Below, in pieces: positions 1 through 8,553 of a DNA stretch of 28,637 nucleotides. How positions within the stretch are numbered: the first letter of the stretch is position 1; each line of letters begins with the position of its first letter. The translations under genes and the position numbers were made by a program. The DNA is from a virus (lineage: Duplodnaviria; Caudoviricetes). Below the pieces are notes generated by a model. The model was given only the letters and a program-made list of their open reading frames with translations. It had not been told where the DNA came from and did no database searches. The stretch covers positions 1 through 28,637 of the IMG/VR virus record IMGVR_UViG_3300032260_000020. The stretch is one strand, 5' to 3'.

Positions 1-68
1 AATATAGCGCTGGCGCATAAAAGTACCACCATATCAGGGATAGGAATATATGAAAGTAATTTTTCCAT
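1..68 (-). CDS. Possible start of a small hydrophobic ORF running off the window (MEKLLSYIPIPDMVVLLCASAI...)
   Basis: ATG at 68, open to the window edge, co-oriented and 15 nt after the previous stop; no clear RBS. Confidence 0.3.
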   Translation of the reverse strand, partial: MEKLLSYIPIPDMVVLLCASAI

Positions 69-83
69 CAAGCTGATGCTTTA

Positions 84-911
84 TTAATTGACCTGTAAAA
101 TATTAATCGGGAAATTCAAATGTGTATTAGTCGAAAGCCCAAAAGGTCGACCGCCTGCTGCGCTGTCTGGAATCCCACCATAAATATTATTATCTGAATG
201 GTAAGCAACTTCTAGCAATAGCAATGGATTATCAACCCCTTCTGTGTCAGTAGGACAGCCGTTAAGCTGTCGCTCCCATGTGCCGCCGCCCTGGTCGTCT
301 GCTACAAAAACATTAGGCGCACCACCAAATGGAACAGCCGTTAAACCGCCTTCATCAGTGCCACTTGTGGCCCACACTGTATACAAACCGTTTGGTATCA
401 TATGCTTAAACCGAATCTTCACTGAAGCGTTACCATTCTTTTTGCACTTCAATTTCATAACGCCTTCAGCTTTTGACCACTCACCCAACGTAATAGGATT
501 ACCAGGCCAAGACCGGCTTAACTGATCGCGTGGTGTTTCAAATACGCCACTGGGATTTCCTAAATCAAAATCTGCGTTGATATACATTGGAATTTCACGT
601 AGCGGGGTATTTTGTGGAAATACGTTTGGGAAGCCTGATAGAACAGTATCAACCTTATTTACTATCAAGGTATCGCCTGCCATGCCCTGCACTAAATCCA
701 ACGCGTTATCACTGCCGTCATCATTGAATGCACCGGACGAAATAACTGTTACCTGGTTCCAGGGTTCCGGAAAGGTGTATAGAATTTTATCTAAAAAGAT
801 ATTGGCCCCGGTTGCGACGTGCCCCTGAATGCGCTCAACGTTTCGTTTACCGTGCGCGCTTGCAGTTGTAAAAAAGACTATTAACAGTATTAGAAGTATT
901 GATTTTTTCAT
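84..911 (-). CDS. Secreted hypothetical protein (275 aa), probable moron
   Basis: Classical signal peptide MKKSILLILLIVFFTTASA-H; AAGGA RBS upstream; lies after the lysis genes; no phage structural motif. Confidence 0.85.
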   Translation of the reverse strand: MKKSILLILLIVFFTTASAHGKRNVERIQGHVATGANIFLDKILYTFPEPWNQVTVISSGAFNDDGSDNALDLVQGMAGDTLIVNKVDTVLSGFPNVFPQNTPLREIPMYINADFDLGNPSGVFETPRDQLSRSWPGNPITLGEWSKAEGVMKLKCKKNGNASVKIRFKHMIPNGLYTVWATSGTDEGGLTAVPFGGAPNVFVADDQGGGTWERQLNGCPTDTEGVDNPLLLLEVAYHSDNNIYGGIPDSAAGGRPFGLSTNTHLNFPINILQVN

Positions 912-923
912 GTGGTCCTTTTG

Positions 924-942
924 AATGGTTATAATGGTTATC
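924..942. promoter_or_regulatory. 9-bp tandem repeat (AATGGTTAT x2), Fur-box-like operator candidate
   Basis: AATGGTTATAATGGTTATC matches 13/19 positions of GATAATGATAATCATTATC by hand alignment; lies just upstream of the 275-aa gene RBS. Confidence 0.3.
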
Positions 943-1432
943 TAGTTGCTGCCCGGACGAATAAACCAACCGCGATTCCCGCGTATTCGATTGCTTTTTC
1001 TGCAGCCTGTAAATACTTTTGCGACGTGATTGCATTGTTAAAGATTGCATCTATTTCCTTTGCATGTTCGTGCCATTCAAGAAAATTTCTTTGTTCCTCA
1101 ACGCCGTATTCATCCCAGTTAGCAACTACGATTAAGTATACATCGTTGTAATTATCCTTTAATACATTAAAATCACCAATAAGCGTTAATTGATTATTTT
1201 TGAATGCTGACAGTGGGTTATCCCATTTATCTACAAAAGTATTATATCCAGCTATTGCATGGGTGAGGGTTAAAAGTTCATCGTCTGTAAGGTCTGCCGT
1301 TTTAATGTCTGATACTGGTTGGCCCGTATTCATGACAGCCGTTACATAAGCACCTTCAATTACCAGGCGTTTAGTATTGACACAGCCCCCTATGGCTAAT
1401 CCAAGTAACAACACAAATACAATCAACTTCAT
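938..1432 (-). CDS. Lipoprotein in lysis cassette, spanin candidate
   Basis: Lipobox LAIGG-C17 after a hydrophobic stretch; ATGA overlap with the endolysin stop; hydrophobic C-terminal segment YAGIAVGLFV. Confidence 0.75.
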   Translation of the reverse strand: MKLIVFVLLLGLAIGGCVNTKRLVIEGAYVTAVMNTGQPVSDIKTADLTDDELLTLTHAIAGYNTFVDKWDNPLSAFKNNQLTLIGDFNVLKDNYNDVYLIVVANWDEYGVEEQRNFLEWHEHAKEIDAIFNNAITSQKYLQAAEKAIEYAGIAVGLFVRAATR

Positions 1433-1884
1433 CGCATCAGCCCCGCTAAATATCGCCCGCCGTTATACGTTAATGAATTCTGCCTGTTGTCGTATTGCTT
1501 CAGGCTCACATGAACCCAACCGGAATTGGGTTCCCCTAATCGGTAATGCTCCAAAATTATTTGGTCATACATTAAGGTTTCAGATATCCATGCCGCCAGG
1601 TCATAATTACTAACCCCAGGGACTTCGATATCAACGGCTTGGCCTTTGGTATGTTGTGAAGTGGGTTTGCTACCTATTGCCTTGTTTAATTCTTGGCATC
1701 TAAAGCCGCTATTGGGAGAAAAAGGGATTTTGTATTTTTTCCTCACCGGTTCAAGTATCGCCATGCAAACCAAAATTAAAGAATTAGTTTCATCTGCATT
1801 CGGGATATTTTTTATTCCAAGCCGGTCAGCCGTGGCTGACTTGGTAACTTCTTCTAAAGTAAAATGGTCTGTTAATTTGGTCAA
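1429..1884 (-). CDS. Endolysin, peptidase M15A family (Zn D-Ala-D-Ala peptidase fold), about 151 aa
   Basis: Motifs HFTLEE, SGFRC..LN.AIG, SQH..GQAVD, WVHVS. Likely start is TTG at 1884 (GGAAGGAG RBS, TTGA overlap with the upstream stop) rather than 1947. Confidence 0.9.
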   Translation of the reverse strand: MTKLTDHFTLEEVTKSATADRLGIKNIPNADETNSLILVCMAILEPVRKKYKIPFSPNSGFRCQELNKAIGSKPTSQHTKGQAVDIEVPGVSNYDLAAWISETLMYDQIILEHYRLGEPNSGWVHVSLKQYDNRQNSLTYNGGRYLAGLMR

Positions 1885-2207
1885 GATAACTCCTTCCAAA
1901 TGAAAGCCGCTATTGAACCCAGCGCCGCCAATACTGCTGTACTCCATAAAATAAACTTACCTGCACCTTTTGCATTGTCCTGGTATGCTATAACGCGGTC
2001 TATTTTCTTTTCTAAATCCGCATAGTGACCATCCCTACCCGATCTTTGCATCAGCAAGTCGTGGTCTGCCTTGCACGCTTTCTGTTGTTCTGCCATTCTT
2101 AAGCATGTTTGCTCCAGACGTAGAAACACTTCCCCCACTTCTGAAGGGGAAATATTGCAACAATCTGAAGTACGGCGCATACGTCTGCGCCGTTCTTCTT
2201 GTACCAT
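1881..2207 (-). CDS. Holin-like membrane protein (coiled coil plus single C-terminal TM)
   Basis: C-terminal hydrophobic segment FILWSTAVLAALGSIAAFIW; directly upstream of and coupled to the endolysin. Confidence 0.65.
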   Translation of the reverse strand: MVQEERRRRMRRTSDCCNISPSEVGEVFLRLEQTCLRMAEQQKACKADHDLLMQRSGRDGHYADLEKKIDRVIAYQDNAKGAGKFILWSTAVLAALGSIAAFIWKELS

Positions 2208-2210
2208 AAT

Positions 2211-2636
2211 TTAAGTACGGGTAATGGTTGAAGTAGTTTTGATTTCTGGGGTGATACCGTCACCTGTTGCAATGGTCGGTGATAATGCCCCCGAATCAAT
2301 AATAACACCCGCGCCGGTTGATAGCGTACCCACCGCAGCATGTGTTGCCGTACCGCTACCGCCCGTACCTGCTGGGAATGAAATAGTAGCCGCCGGAGAA
2401 ACACTGTTAGCTGTAATTGTCCAGCCGCCAGAAGTACGCGCAACAGCCACACGTGCATAGCTGGTATAAGTTACTTCACTTGTGCTTTGTGTTCCTGCGT
2501 TTGGGTCTGCTGTATGCAATGATACATACAGATTTGTTAATGGCGAAGTGCTGGCATTGTCTGCAATGTTTGCAATTGCCACCGCGTTATAAATTAAATC
2601 TAAAATGTCTTCCCTGAAAGCTGCGCCGATACTCAT
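2211..2636 (-). CDS. Small virion structural protein (141 aa), fibre/minor-tail associated
   Basis: Motif LYVSLHTADP...EVTYTSYARVAV...ISFP, recognised from phage structural modules; Thr/Gly/Ala-rich beta composition; GGAG RBS. Confidence 0.8.
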   Translation of the reverse strand: MSIGAAFREDILDLIYNAVAIANIADNASTSPLTNLYVSLHTADPNAGTQSTSEVTYTSYARVAVARTSGGWTITANSVSPAATISFPAGTGGSGTATHAAVGTLSTGAGVIIDSGALSPTIATGDGITPEIKTTSTITRT

Positions 2637-2640
2637 GGTA

Positions 2641-5490
2641 TTAAATCTCCGTTATTTGAATCTGTGAACTGTGTAATTCATATGAAAAATTGATAATAGA
2701 AGGTGATTCCTTAAATCTTCCCAGTATTGTATATGATACAACACCTTCCGCGCTATTGTCGTTTTGATGCGCGCTTAGAAATACGGGGTCACTTGTGCCA
2801 TTCCTGCGTGTAATTCCGTCTAAAACCTGTTTATCAGTTTGAGTAAGTGAACCTAAGTTGAAAGTAATTAATTTATTCTTGGTTCCCCTGTCTATGATTG
2901 GGTCGCCACCATCTGACCTAACGCTGCTTGTGTTGTCTTCTTGGCTGATCTGCGCACCAAAACTTGCGCCCCTTTCAGGCGTGAATGCATTACCTAAAAC
3001 AACGTTACTTATTTCAATGTACCCGTCCGGGTTGCCCGCGCTAGTTACAATTAATTCTGCCTTTTCCAATGTTTGAGTAGCAAACAAAGTGGAAAAATAA
3101 GACCCGCCCCCGAAAGCGTAAGAAGTTAACCCGATTGTTGAAAAGCCTTTGGGTGCATCATAAGAAAAACTTACATCAAGCGCGCCGGTATCATAGACTG
3201 GTGAACCGTCACCGACTAAAGTATAAACTTTTAACTGGACAGTTGAACCCGCCATTAAATTACTAAAGCCGATCCCTAGCCCGCTGACAGTTTGACCGCT
3301 ACCCCATGTAAAGGTAATTGTTTGCGCTGTGGTTGCTGTAGATCTCCATCCGCTACTTTTAAAATCATTCGCTATGTTGTTAACATCAAACCCGCTTGCC
3401 GTTGTGGTAGCAGATAATGATGCAGTCTGAACCGCATTTGCTGCAATAATAAACATGTCTGCCCCTGCTTGTGTGCGTGGCGTAATTAAACTACGTGTTA
3501 AAAAATTGAATGTGCTGGTTCCCGCTGCATTTAAATCTGCAAGCGTTTTACCCCTAAAGTCAGCAGAACCTACCCCCGCCGCGCTAAAGTCTGCCGCTGC
3601 TATGTGCTGGCTGTTAAGTGTCGCAACCCCGACACCATCAGCCGCAAGTGTTGTGCCTGGTACTGGCTCAAAGTTCGCAACGCCTACACCGGCCCCTGTC
3701 AAATCTGAAGCTGCCAAAATGCCAACGTCAAACAATGCTACACCCGCACCGCTTGCATCAAGTTCTGCTGCTGTCCTTGCTTGGAAGTCTGTCAGGCCAG
3801 CGCCAGCCGCCGCTAAATCGGTCTGCGCCGTTAACTCAACATTAAACGAAGCCGCGCCAGTGCCAGCCATTGAAAAAGTTGTGCCGTCAATATCGCCAAC
3901 CAAAGCAGAACCGCCAACACCCGCCGCTGTTAAGTCTGATTGGTAACGTATGCCGAAATCTAAAGAAGCCGCACCTACACCGCTGGCTGTTAATTCTGTG
4001 GCTAGTAATTTATTGGATAAGCCTGTGAATACCCCGGCCCCTGTCGCGGCTAAATCGGTTGCATTCTTTGAGCTACCAGCAAAACTTGCGACGCCTGCAC
4101 CTTCAGCCGTTAATAATGATTCTCCAAATCTTACCAATTCAGCAGGCCCAGCTAAAAGATCCAGCGCCCCGGTATTAGTTACGGTATGGTTCCCGGTTAT
4201 GTCTTCAGCATCAGCAGCCACCAAATGGAATTCACGACTGCCCCACCATGAAAAACTGCTTAATGCCGTGCCTTGCGCAATGTCTGCAAGGTCTGAATCT
4301 GAAACGGCTGTACCTGGTATAAAAATGGCGTCCGAAACATCAACGTCAAGACTTGGAAATGAGGAAAGGTCAGTATTTACCCCGAACTTATAGCCCGTCC
4401 CTGAATCATAAGCAGCACTGATTGCAGTACCTGCTCCGGAATTGGAGACTGTACCGCTACCAAATGGAACAGACCGCAATGTGAAAGTGCCGCTATTCCT
4501 AACTATCGCAAGCAAATACCAGGTATCAGCAACAGCCGCGATACCTTCATCAGGTCCAAGATTGCTTATATCAACAACAAAAAAACCATTGTTAATATAT
4601 AAGTTAAGCGTGTTAGCAGCTTGATACACGCCATTAATTAAAATATCTTGAACCGTTGTAACGTCTGCCGCCTTGATTGCAAGTAACCAGGACCAATCCG
4701 TATTGGGCAAGGTCATGCCAGCGGCATCAGGTATGCTTTGATATTTGCCAACGGCATACCGCGCCGCTAACATTTCCCCGGTTGCGTCACCTATAAAACT
4801 GGTAGCGCCCGCCCCGGCTGCTGTCCATTCTGAAGCGCCAAACCTTACCAATTCTGCGGGGTCGGATACTTCAGGCGGGGTTCCTGACTTGGTAATTAAA
4901 TGCGTGTCTGTCTGGTCGTTTTCTGTGCTGGCTGTGCTAAAAATTCCGTGAAATTCACGGCTGGCCCACCATGACGTGCTATCCATTGCCGTACCCGTGG
5001 CAAGGTCTGAAAGGTCAGTAGTTGATAATGCAACGCCAGGTATAAAGATACCATCTGACACATCGCCTAAAAATGGATTTGCGCCGGTATCCTGCCGCCG
5101 TCCAAAATGAAAGCCGCCCGCTGTATTGAAAGATCCGGTAATAGCTACGCCAGCGCTTGAAGTAACTGAACTGCTACCCATTAAGCATTTATGAATAGTC
5201 AGGGTTCCGCTATCACGTTTAATCATGATAGCGACCCAATCACTTGCAGTAACAGTCAGGTCTTGATTTAAAGACCCACTGGCAATCTGTACCGCTATAG
5301 ATCCACCGGTTATATAAAAATTGAAAGTGCTACCTGTTCCCCATACGCCGTTAGAAAAAATGTCTTGGCCGGTTGTGATATCTGAACCCGGCTGAATAAC
5401 ACCAAGCCACGTCCAATCCCCATCTGGCAGGGTCATGCCTGCGGTATCGGCTATGCTGTGATAATTCCCTGAACTATAAGTAACGGCCAT
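2641..5490 (-). CDS. Multidomain fibre/tail-tip protein (949 aa): two LamG-like domains, about 12 copies of a 17-20 aa repeat, C-terminal 271-aa tail-tip (Dit-like) domain
   Basis: Internal duplication (YHSIADTAGMTLPDGDWTW vs YQSIPDAAGMTLPNTDWSW; both domains end ELVRFG); xDLxAxGxGxxxF repeats; the C-terminal domain begins at an internal Met (3456). Confidence 0.85.
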   Translation of the reverse strand: MAVTYSSGNYHSIADTAGMTLPDGDWTWLGVIQPGSDITTGQDIFSNGVWGTGSTFNFYITGGSIAVQIASGSLNQDLTVTASDWVAIMIKRDSGTLTIHKCLMGSSSVTSSAGVAITGSFNTAGGFHFGRRQDTGANPFLGDVSDGIFIPGVALSTTDLSDLATGTAMDSTSWWASREFHGIFSTASTENDQTDTHLITKSGTPPEVSDPAELVRFGASEWTAAGAGATSFIGDATGEMLAARYAVGKYQSIPDAAGMTLPNTDWSWLLAIKAADVTTVQDILINGVYQAANTLNLYINNGFFVVDISNLGPDEGIAAVADTWYLLAIVRNSGTFTLRSVPFGSGTVSNSGAGTAISAAYDSGTGYKFGVNTDLSSFPSLDVDVSDAIFIPGTAVSDSDLADIAQGTALSSFSWWGSREFHLVAADAEDITGNHTVTNTGALDLLAGPAELVRFGESLLTAEGAGVASFAGSSKNATDLAATGAGVFTGLSNKLLATELTASGVGAASLDFGIRYQSDLTAAGVGGSALVGDIDGTTFSMAGTGAASFNVELTAQTDLAAAGAGLTDFQARTAAELDASGAGVALFDVGILAASDLTGAGVGVANFEPVPGTTLAADGVGVATLNSQHIAAADFSAAGVGSADFRGKTLADLNAAGTSTFNFLTRSLITPRTQAGADMFIIAANAVQTASLSATTTASGFDVNNIANDFKSSGWRSTATTAQTITFTWGSGQTVSGLGIGFSNLMAGSTVQLKVYTLVGDGSPVYDTGALDVSFSYDAPKGFSTIGLTSYAFGGGSYFSTLFATQTLEKAELIVTSAGNPDGYIEISNVVLGNAFTPERGASFGAQISQEDNTSSVRSDGGDPIIDRGTKNKLITFNLGSLTQTDKQVLDGITRRNGTSDPVFLSAHQNDNSAEGVVSYTILGRFKESPSIINFSYELHSSQIQITEI

Positions 5491-7509
5491 TTATAAAGTT
5501 ACCTTTATTGTGTCAGTGTTAAGGGTAAGGTCTACTGTGCTTGTATTTAAAGTTAAATCAATAGTTGCAGTGTTAAGCGTTAAGTCAATGCTGTTTACAT
5601 GATAAAGAATCCCTGCACTTGCGAATAACGCAACCCCTACGCCTTCAGCCGTCCATACTGACCCGTCAGGTATACGCTCAAATGTTGCGCTACCTGTACC
5701 GGTTGCGGTAAATTCTGTCTGTACTGTTTTTTGTGTATCGAAAGAAGCCGCACCGGTTCCTGTCGCCGTTAAGCCTGCGCTTGCTAATGCTTGCGCGTTT
5801 ACTGAAAAAACACCTACGCCCGCTGCGGTAAATACAGATTGTTCTGTGGCTAAATCAAACGTTGCAACGCCCGCCCCGCTAGCTGTTAAGTCTGAGTTAA
5901 CAACGGCTGATCCTATCCAAGTAACAACGCCTTGGCCTGTTGCGGCCAAATCACTTGCGACGGTTTTCTGTGAACTAAACGAAGCTGTCGAACTGCCAAC
6001 GGCATTAAGATCTGCTTTATTTATTGAAGCCGCTACAAAATTAAATGTGCCGATACCTTCAGCAGTCAGTGTTGCTTGACCTGCCAACGTGTCGAAGCTG
6101 GCGACCCCTGCGCCAGTTGCCGCCATGTCAGCTTGTGCTGTGGATTGCCCAGCAAATGAACCTGAACCAGCGCCCGCCGCGTTAAGATCCGCTGGTGCGC
6201 TCCCTGCTGATTCAAACGAACCAACACCGGCCCCGGTCATAGTTGCCGTAGCGGAAACTAAAGAACCACCAACAAGCGAAGCAGCACCGGCACCTGTTGC
6301 GTCTAAATCGGTTGCGCGTATACCAACGCCTACAAAAGAACCTACGCCCGCGCCTGTAGCCGTTAGAACGCCTTCTAAGCGTTTTTGACTATTAAACGAT
6401 GCTGCGCCTGTTCCGGTTGCCGTTAAATCAGCCGGTAAACTGGCGCCACTTTCAAAAGATGCTGCCCCCGCACCTGTGGCTGTTAATTCAGTTTGCGCTA
6501 GTGGAGCGCCAATGAAGTTTAAGACTCCACTACCAACCGCGCTTAAATCTGCTTGTGCTGTTGCAGCACCGACCAATGCGGAGTCACCCGCGCCTGTTGC
6601 GGTAAGATCTGCGGATTTTACCGTCGCCCCAACGAACGAACCAACCCCAGCCCCTTCAGCCGTTAGGTCGGCTTGTTTTGCCGCATTACCTGCAAACGTG
6701 CCGACACCTGATCCTGTTGCAGTTAGAACTGTTAATAAATCTTTTTGGCTGGCAAACGTTCCGACCCCGGCACCTGTTGCTGTAAGGTCTGATTTTTTAG
6801 CAGTAACGCCAACAAAAGAACCGACGCCCGCCCCGGTAGCAGTCAGAACTGAAGCGCCGAATCTTACAAGATCAGTAGGGTCAGCAATGAATACGGGTGA
6901 CCCTGTTTTTGTTATGGTATGGTTGCCGGTATGATCCGATTCACTTGATGCTGTTGAAAATATCCCGTGAAATTCCCGATCACTCCACCATGAGAAGCTA
7001 TCCAAAGCAGTGCTATCTGCAAGGTCTTGTAAATCACTTGTGGATACGGCTACATCCGGTATCCAGATAGCATCTGACATGCTCCCTAAATACTGGTTAG
7101 CGTCCGTATCTTCACGCGTCCCAAAATGGAAAGCTAAACCATCTGATCCTGTACTAATGCTTTGACCTGCGCTGGATGTTAGGGTCGTGCTACCCATTGG
7201 CACAGAATGAATGCTAAGTGTACCGCTGTCGCGCTTTATTAATACTGCTATCCATGTGCTGGCTGATACCGATATATCTTGATTCAATGATCCGCCGTCA
7301 ATCTGTACTGCTAATGTTCCGCCCCAAATATAAAAGTTAAAACTATTTGCGATTCCCCACTCACGATTCGAAATTATATCTTGCCCGGTCGTTACATCCG
7401 TCCCAGGTCTGATAATGGTAATCCAGGACCAATCCCCATTAGGTAATGACATTGCCGCATCGTCGGCTATGCTATGATAATTTCCTCCTGTACTGTAGGT
7501 TATAGCCAT
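5491..7509 (-). CDS. Repeat fibre protein (672 aa): LamG-like head, 21 x 19-20 aa repeats, 9-aa C-terminal repeats
   Basis: N-terminal 219 aa are clearly paralogous to the N-terminus of the 949-aa protein; repeats counted by eye. Confidence 0.88.
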   Translation of the reverse strand: MAITYSTGGNYHSIADDAAMSLPNGDWSWITIIRPGTDVTTGQDIISNREWGIANSFNFYIWGGTLAVQIDGGSLNQDISVSASTWIAVLIKRDSGTLSIHSVPMGSTTLTSSAGQSISTGSDGLAFHFGTREDTDANQYLGSMSDAIWIPDVAVSTSDLQDLADSTALDSFSWWSDREFHGIFSTASSESDHTGNHTITKTGSPVFIADPTDLVRFGASVLTATGAGVGSFVGVTAKKSDLTATGAGVGTFASQKDLLTVLTATGSGVGTFAGNAAKQADLTAEGAGVGSFVGATVKSADLTATGAGDSALVGAATAQADLSAVGSGVLNFIGAPLAQTELTATGAGAASFESGASLPADLTATGTGAASFNSQKRLEGVLTATGAGVGSFVGVGIRATDLDATGAGAASLVGGSLVSATATMTGAGVGSFESAGSAPADLNAAGAGSGSFAGQSTAQADMAATGAGVASFDTLAGQATLTAEGIGTFNFVAASINKADLNAVGSSTASFSSQKTVASDLAATGQGVVTWIGSAVVNSDLTASGAGVATFDLATEQSVFTAAGVGVFSVNAQALASAGLTATGTGAASFDTQKTVQTEFTATGTGSATFERIPDGSVWTAEGVGVALFASAGILYHVNSIDLTLNTATIDLTLNTSTVDLTLNTDTIKVTL
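5602..6852 (-). repeat. 21 degenerate coding repeats of 57-60 bp (consensus ADLTATGAGVGSFxxxxxxx)
   Basis: 18 units of 20 aa plus 3 of 19 aa = 417 aa, matching the 1251-nt interval. Confidence 0.9.
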
Positions 7510-7516
7510 TAGCTAT

Positions 7517-7828
7517 TTATTCTTCAAAGTCAAGAAATGAAGGGCAAGGCGTAAGCCTGGTTGTGTTATCTGACTGGTCCGTTAACATGATGGTAAGTGA
7601 ATACCTGCCAGGGATAGTAATATCTGTTTCAGTCAGTATGAAAGACATAACGCTGCTAACGATTTGGACGCCGCTTGTGAGATATGTTTTTGTAACTGTA
7701 ATTGTATCTGAAGGGTCAAAGGTCAGCGTAACGCTTAAATCTTTAACGTCTGCTAAAGCAAACCCGTCAAGTGTGCCAAATGCTATTGTATGATCTGATT
7801 CAATATAGTATTTTCCTGTGCAAGCCAT
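7517..7828 (-). CDS. BppU-N-like small Ig-fold structural adaptor (about 103 aa)
   Basis: Pattern LSVTLTF...SFILTETDITIPGRYSLTIMLT. Start taken as ATG 7828 (MACTGKYY, GGAAA upstream) because the longer start lies within a terminator hairpin. Confidence 0.65.
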   Translation of the reverse strand: MACTGKYYIESDHTIAFGTLDGFALADVKDLSVTLTFDPSDTITVTKTYLTSGVQIVSSVMSFILTETDITIPGRYSLTIMLTDQSDNTTRLTPCPSFLDFEE

Positions 7829-7840
7829 AATATTTTCCAT

Positions 7841-7866
7841 AAAAAAAGTGCGCAATATACGCACTT
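7841..7866 (-). terminator. Intrinsic terminator
   Basis: Minus strand AAGTGCG-TATATTG-CGCACTT, with 7 T directly after the GTGCG/CGCAC stem; 36 nt downstream of the 216-aa gene stop. Confidence 0.7.
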
Positions 7867-7902
7867 ATTCTACCTGCTTGTTCAGGATTTATCTTTTTAA
7901 AA

Positions 7903-8553
7903 TCACAGGCTTTGTGCAGCGTCATTAATAGCCCACCGCTTAAGCCTCAAGCCTTCAACCGAAAAGAAACAGGAAAAATCAATAGTTGACCCCGGTATAT
8001 CTTCAGGATTCAGATTTGACATATTAACCATACCACTGATACGACTAACACATTTTGCACTATCAAACGGACCACTACCACCCGCGCAAGTATTATTACC
8101 TTTCTGATTTATGGAGGCGCCCGTTATGTGTGTGACATCCAAATCCCATGCTGTTTTTGTTGTAACAGTCGTTGGTTGCACCGAAATATTACCCGATACT
8201 GCAAGGGTCCACACATCACCATTTGGCGCGAAGAAGTCAAGAAATGTAAAGCCTGGATTGACTGACACCGCACCATCTTCAACCACGACACCGGATAAAC
8301 AGTCATTGGCATATCCTACAAGTAAGCGACTTTTTTTGTCATACATCGGTATCCCACCAAAGCACCACGCCTCCACCCCTTCAAGCCCTGGCAAGTCTGT
8401 TCTAATATGGCCAAATCCTGTCCCGGCTATTTCTAGCTCCATGTTTTTCAGTTGCTTGTAATACTGCTTAAAAGCATTTTTTGATTCATCAGTAGCAGCG
8501 AATGAAACAAAACTGAAAGATACCAGTAATAAAAATGTAATAAATCTAATCAT
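7903..8553 (-). CDS. Secreted protein (216 aa), possibly allene-oxide-cyclase/dirigent-like beta barrel; moron
   Basis: Signal peptide MIRFITFLLLVSFSFVSFA-A; GGSGPF...RISG resembles the GGTGxF motif of that fold; 5 Cys. Confidence 0.75.
   Translation of the reverse strand: MIRFITFLLLVSFSFVSFAATDESKNAFKQYYKQLKNMELEIAGTGFGHIRTDLPGLEGVEAWCFGGIPMYDKKSRLLVGYANDCLSGVVVEDGAVSVNPGFTFLDFFAPNGDVWTLAVSGNISVQPTTVTTKTAWDLDVTHITGASINQKGNNTCAGGSGPFDSAKCVSRISGMVNMSNLNPEDIPGSTIDFSCFFSVEGLRLKRWAINDAAQSL

Noticed and set aside
1885-1947. N-terminal extension of the endolysin (MEYSSIGG...)
   Set aside because: It overlaps the holin-like gene; a TTG start with a strong SD at 1884 fits better.
5602-6852. CRISPR-like array (about 60-bp period)
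   Set aside because: Repeats are degenerate in DNA, conserved only as protein, and lie inside an ORF.
4834-7509. Diversity-generating retroelement TR/VR pair or shufflon
   Set aside because: Paralogous segments differ at all base types and are protein-coding; no reverse transcriptase, invertase or inverted crossover sites are visible in the window.
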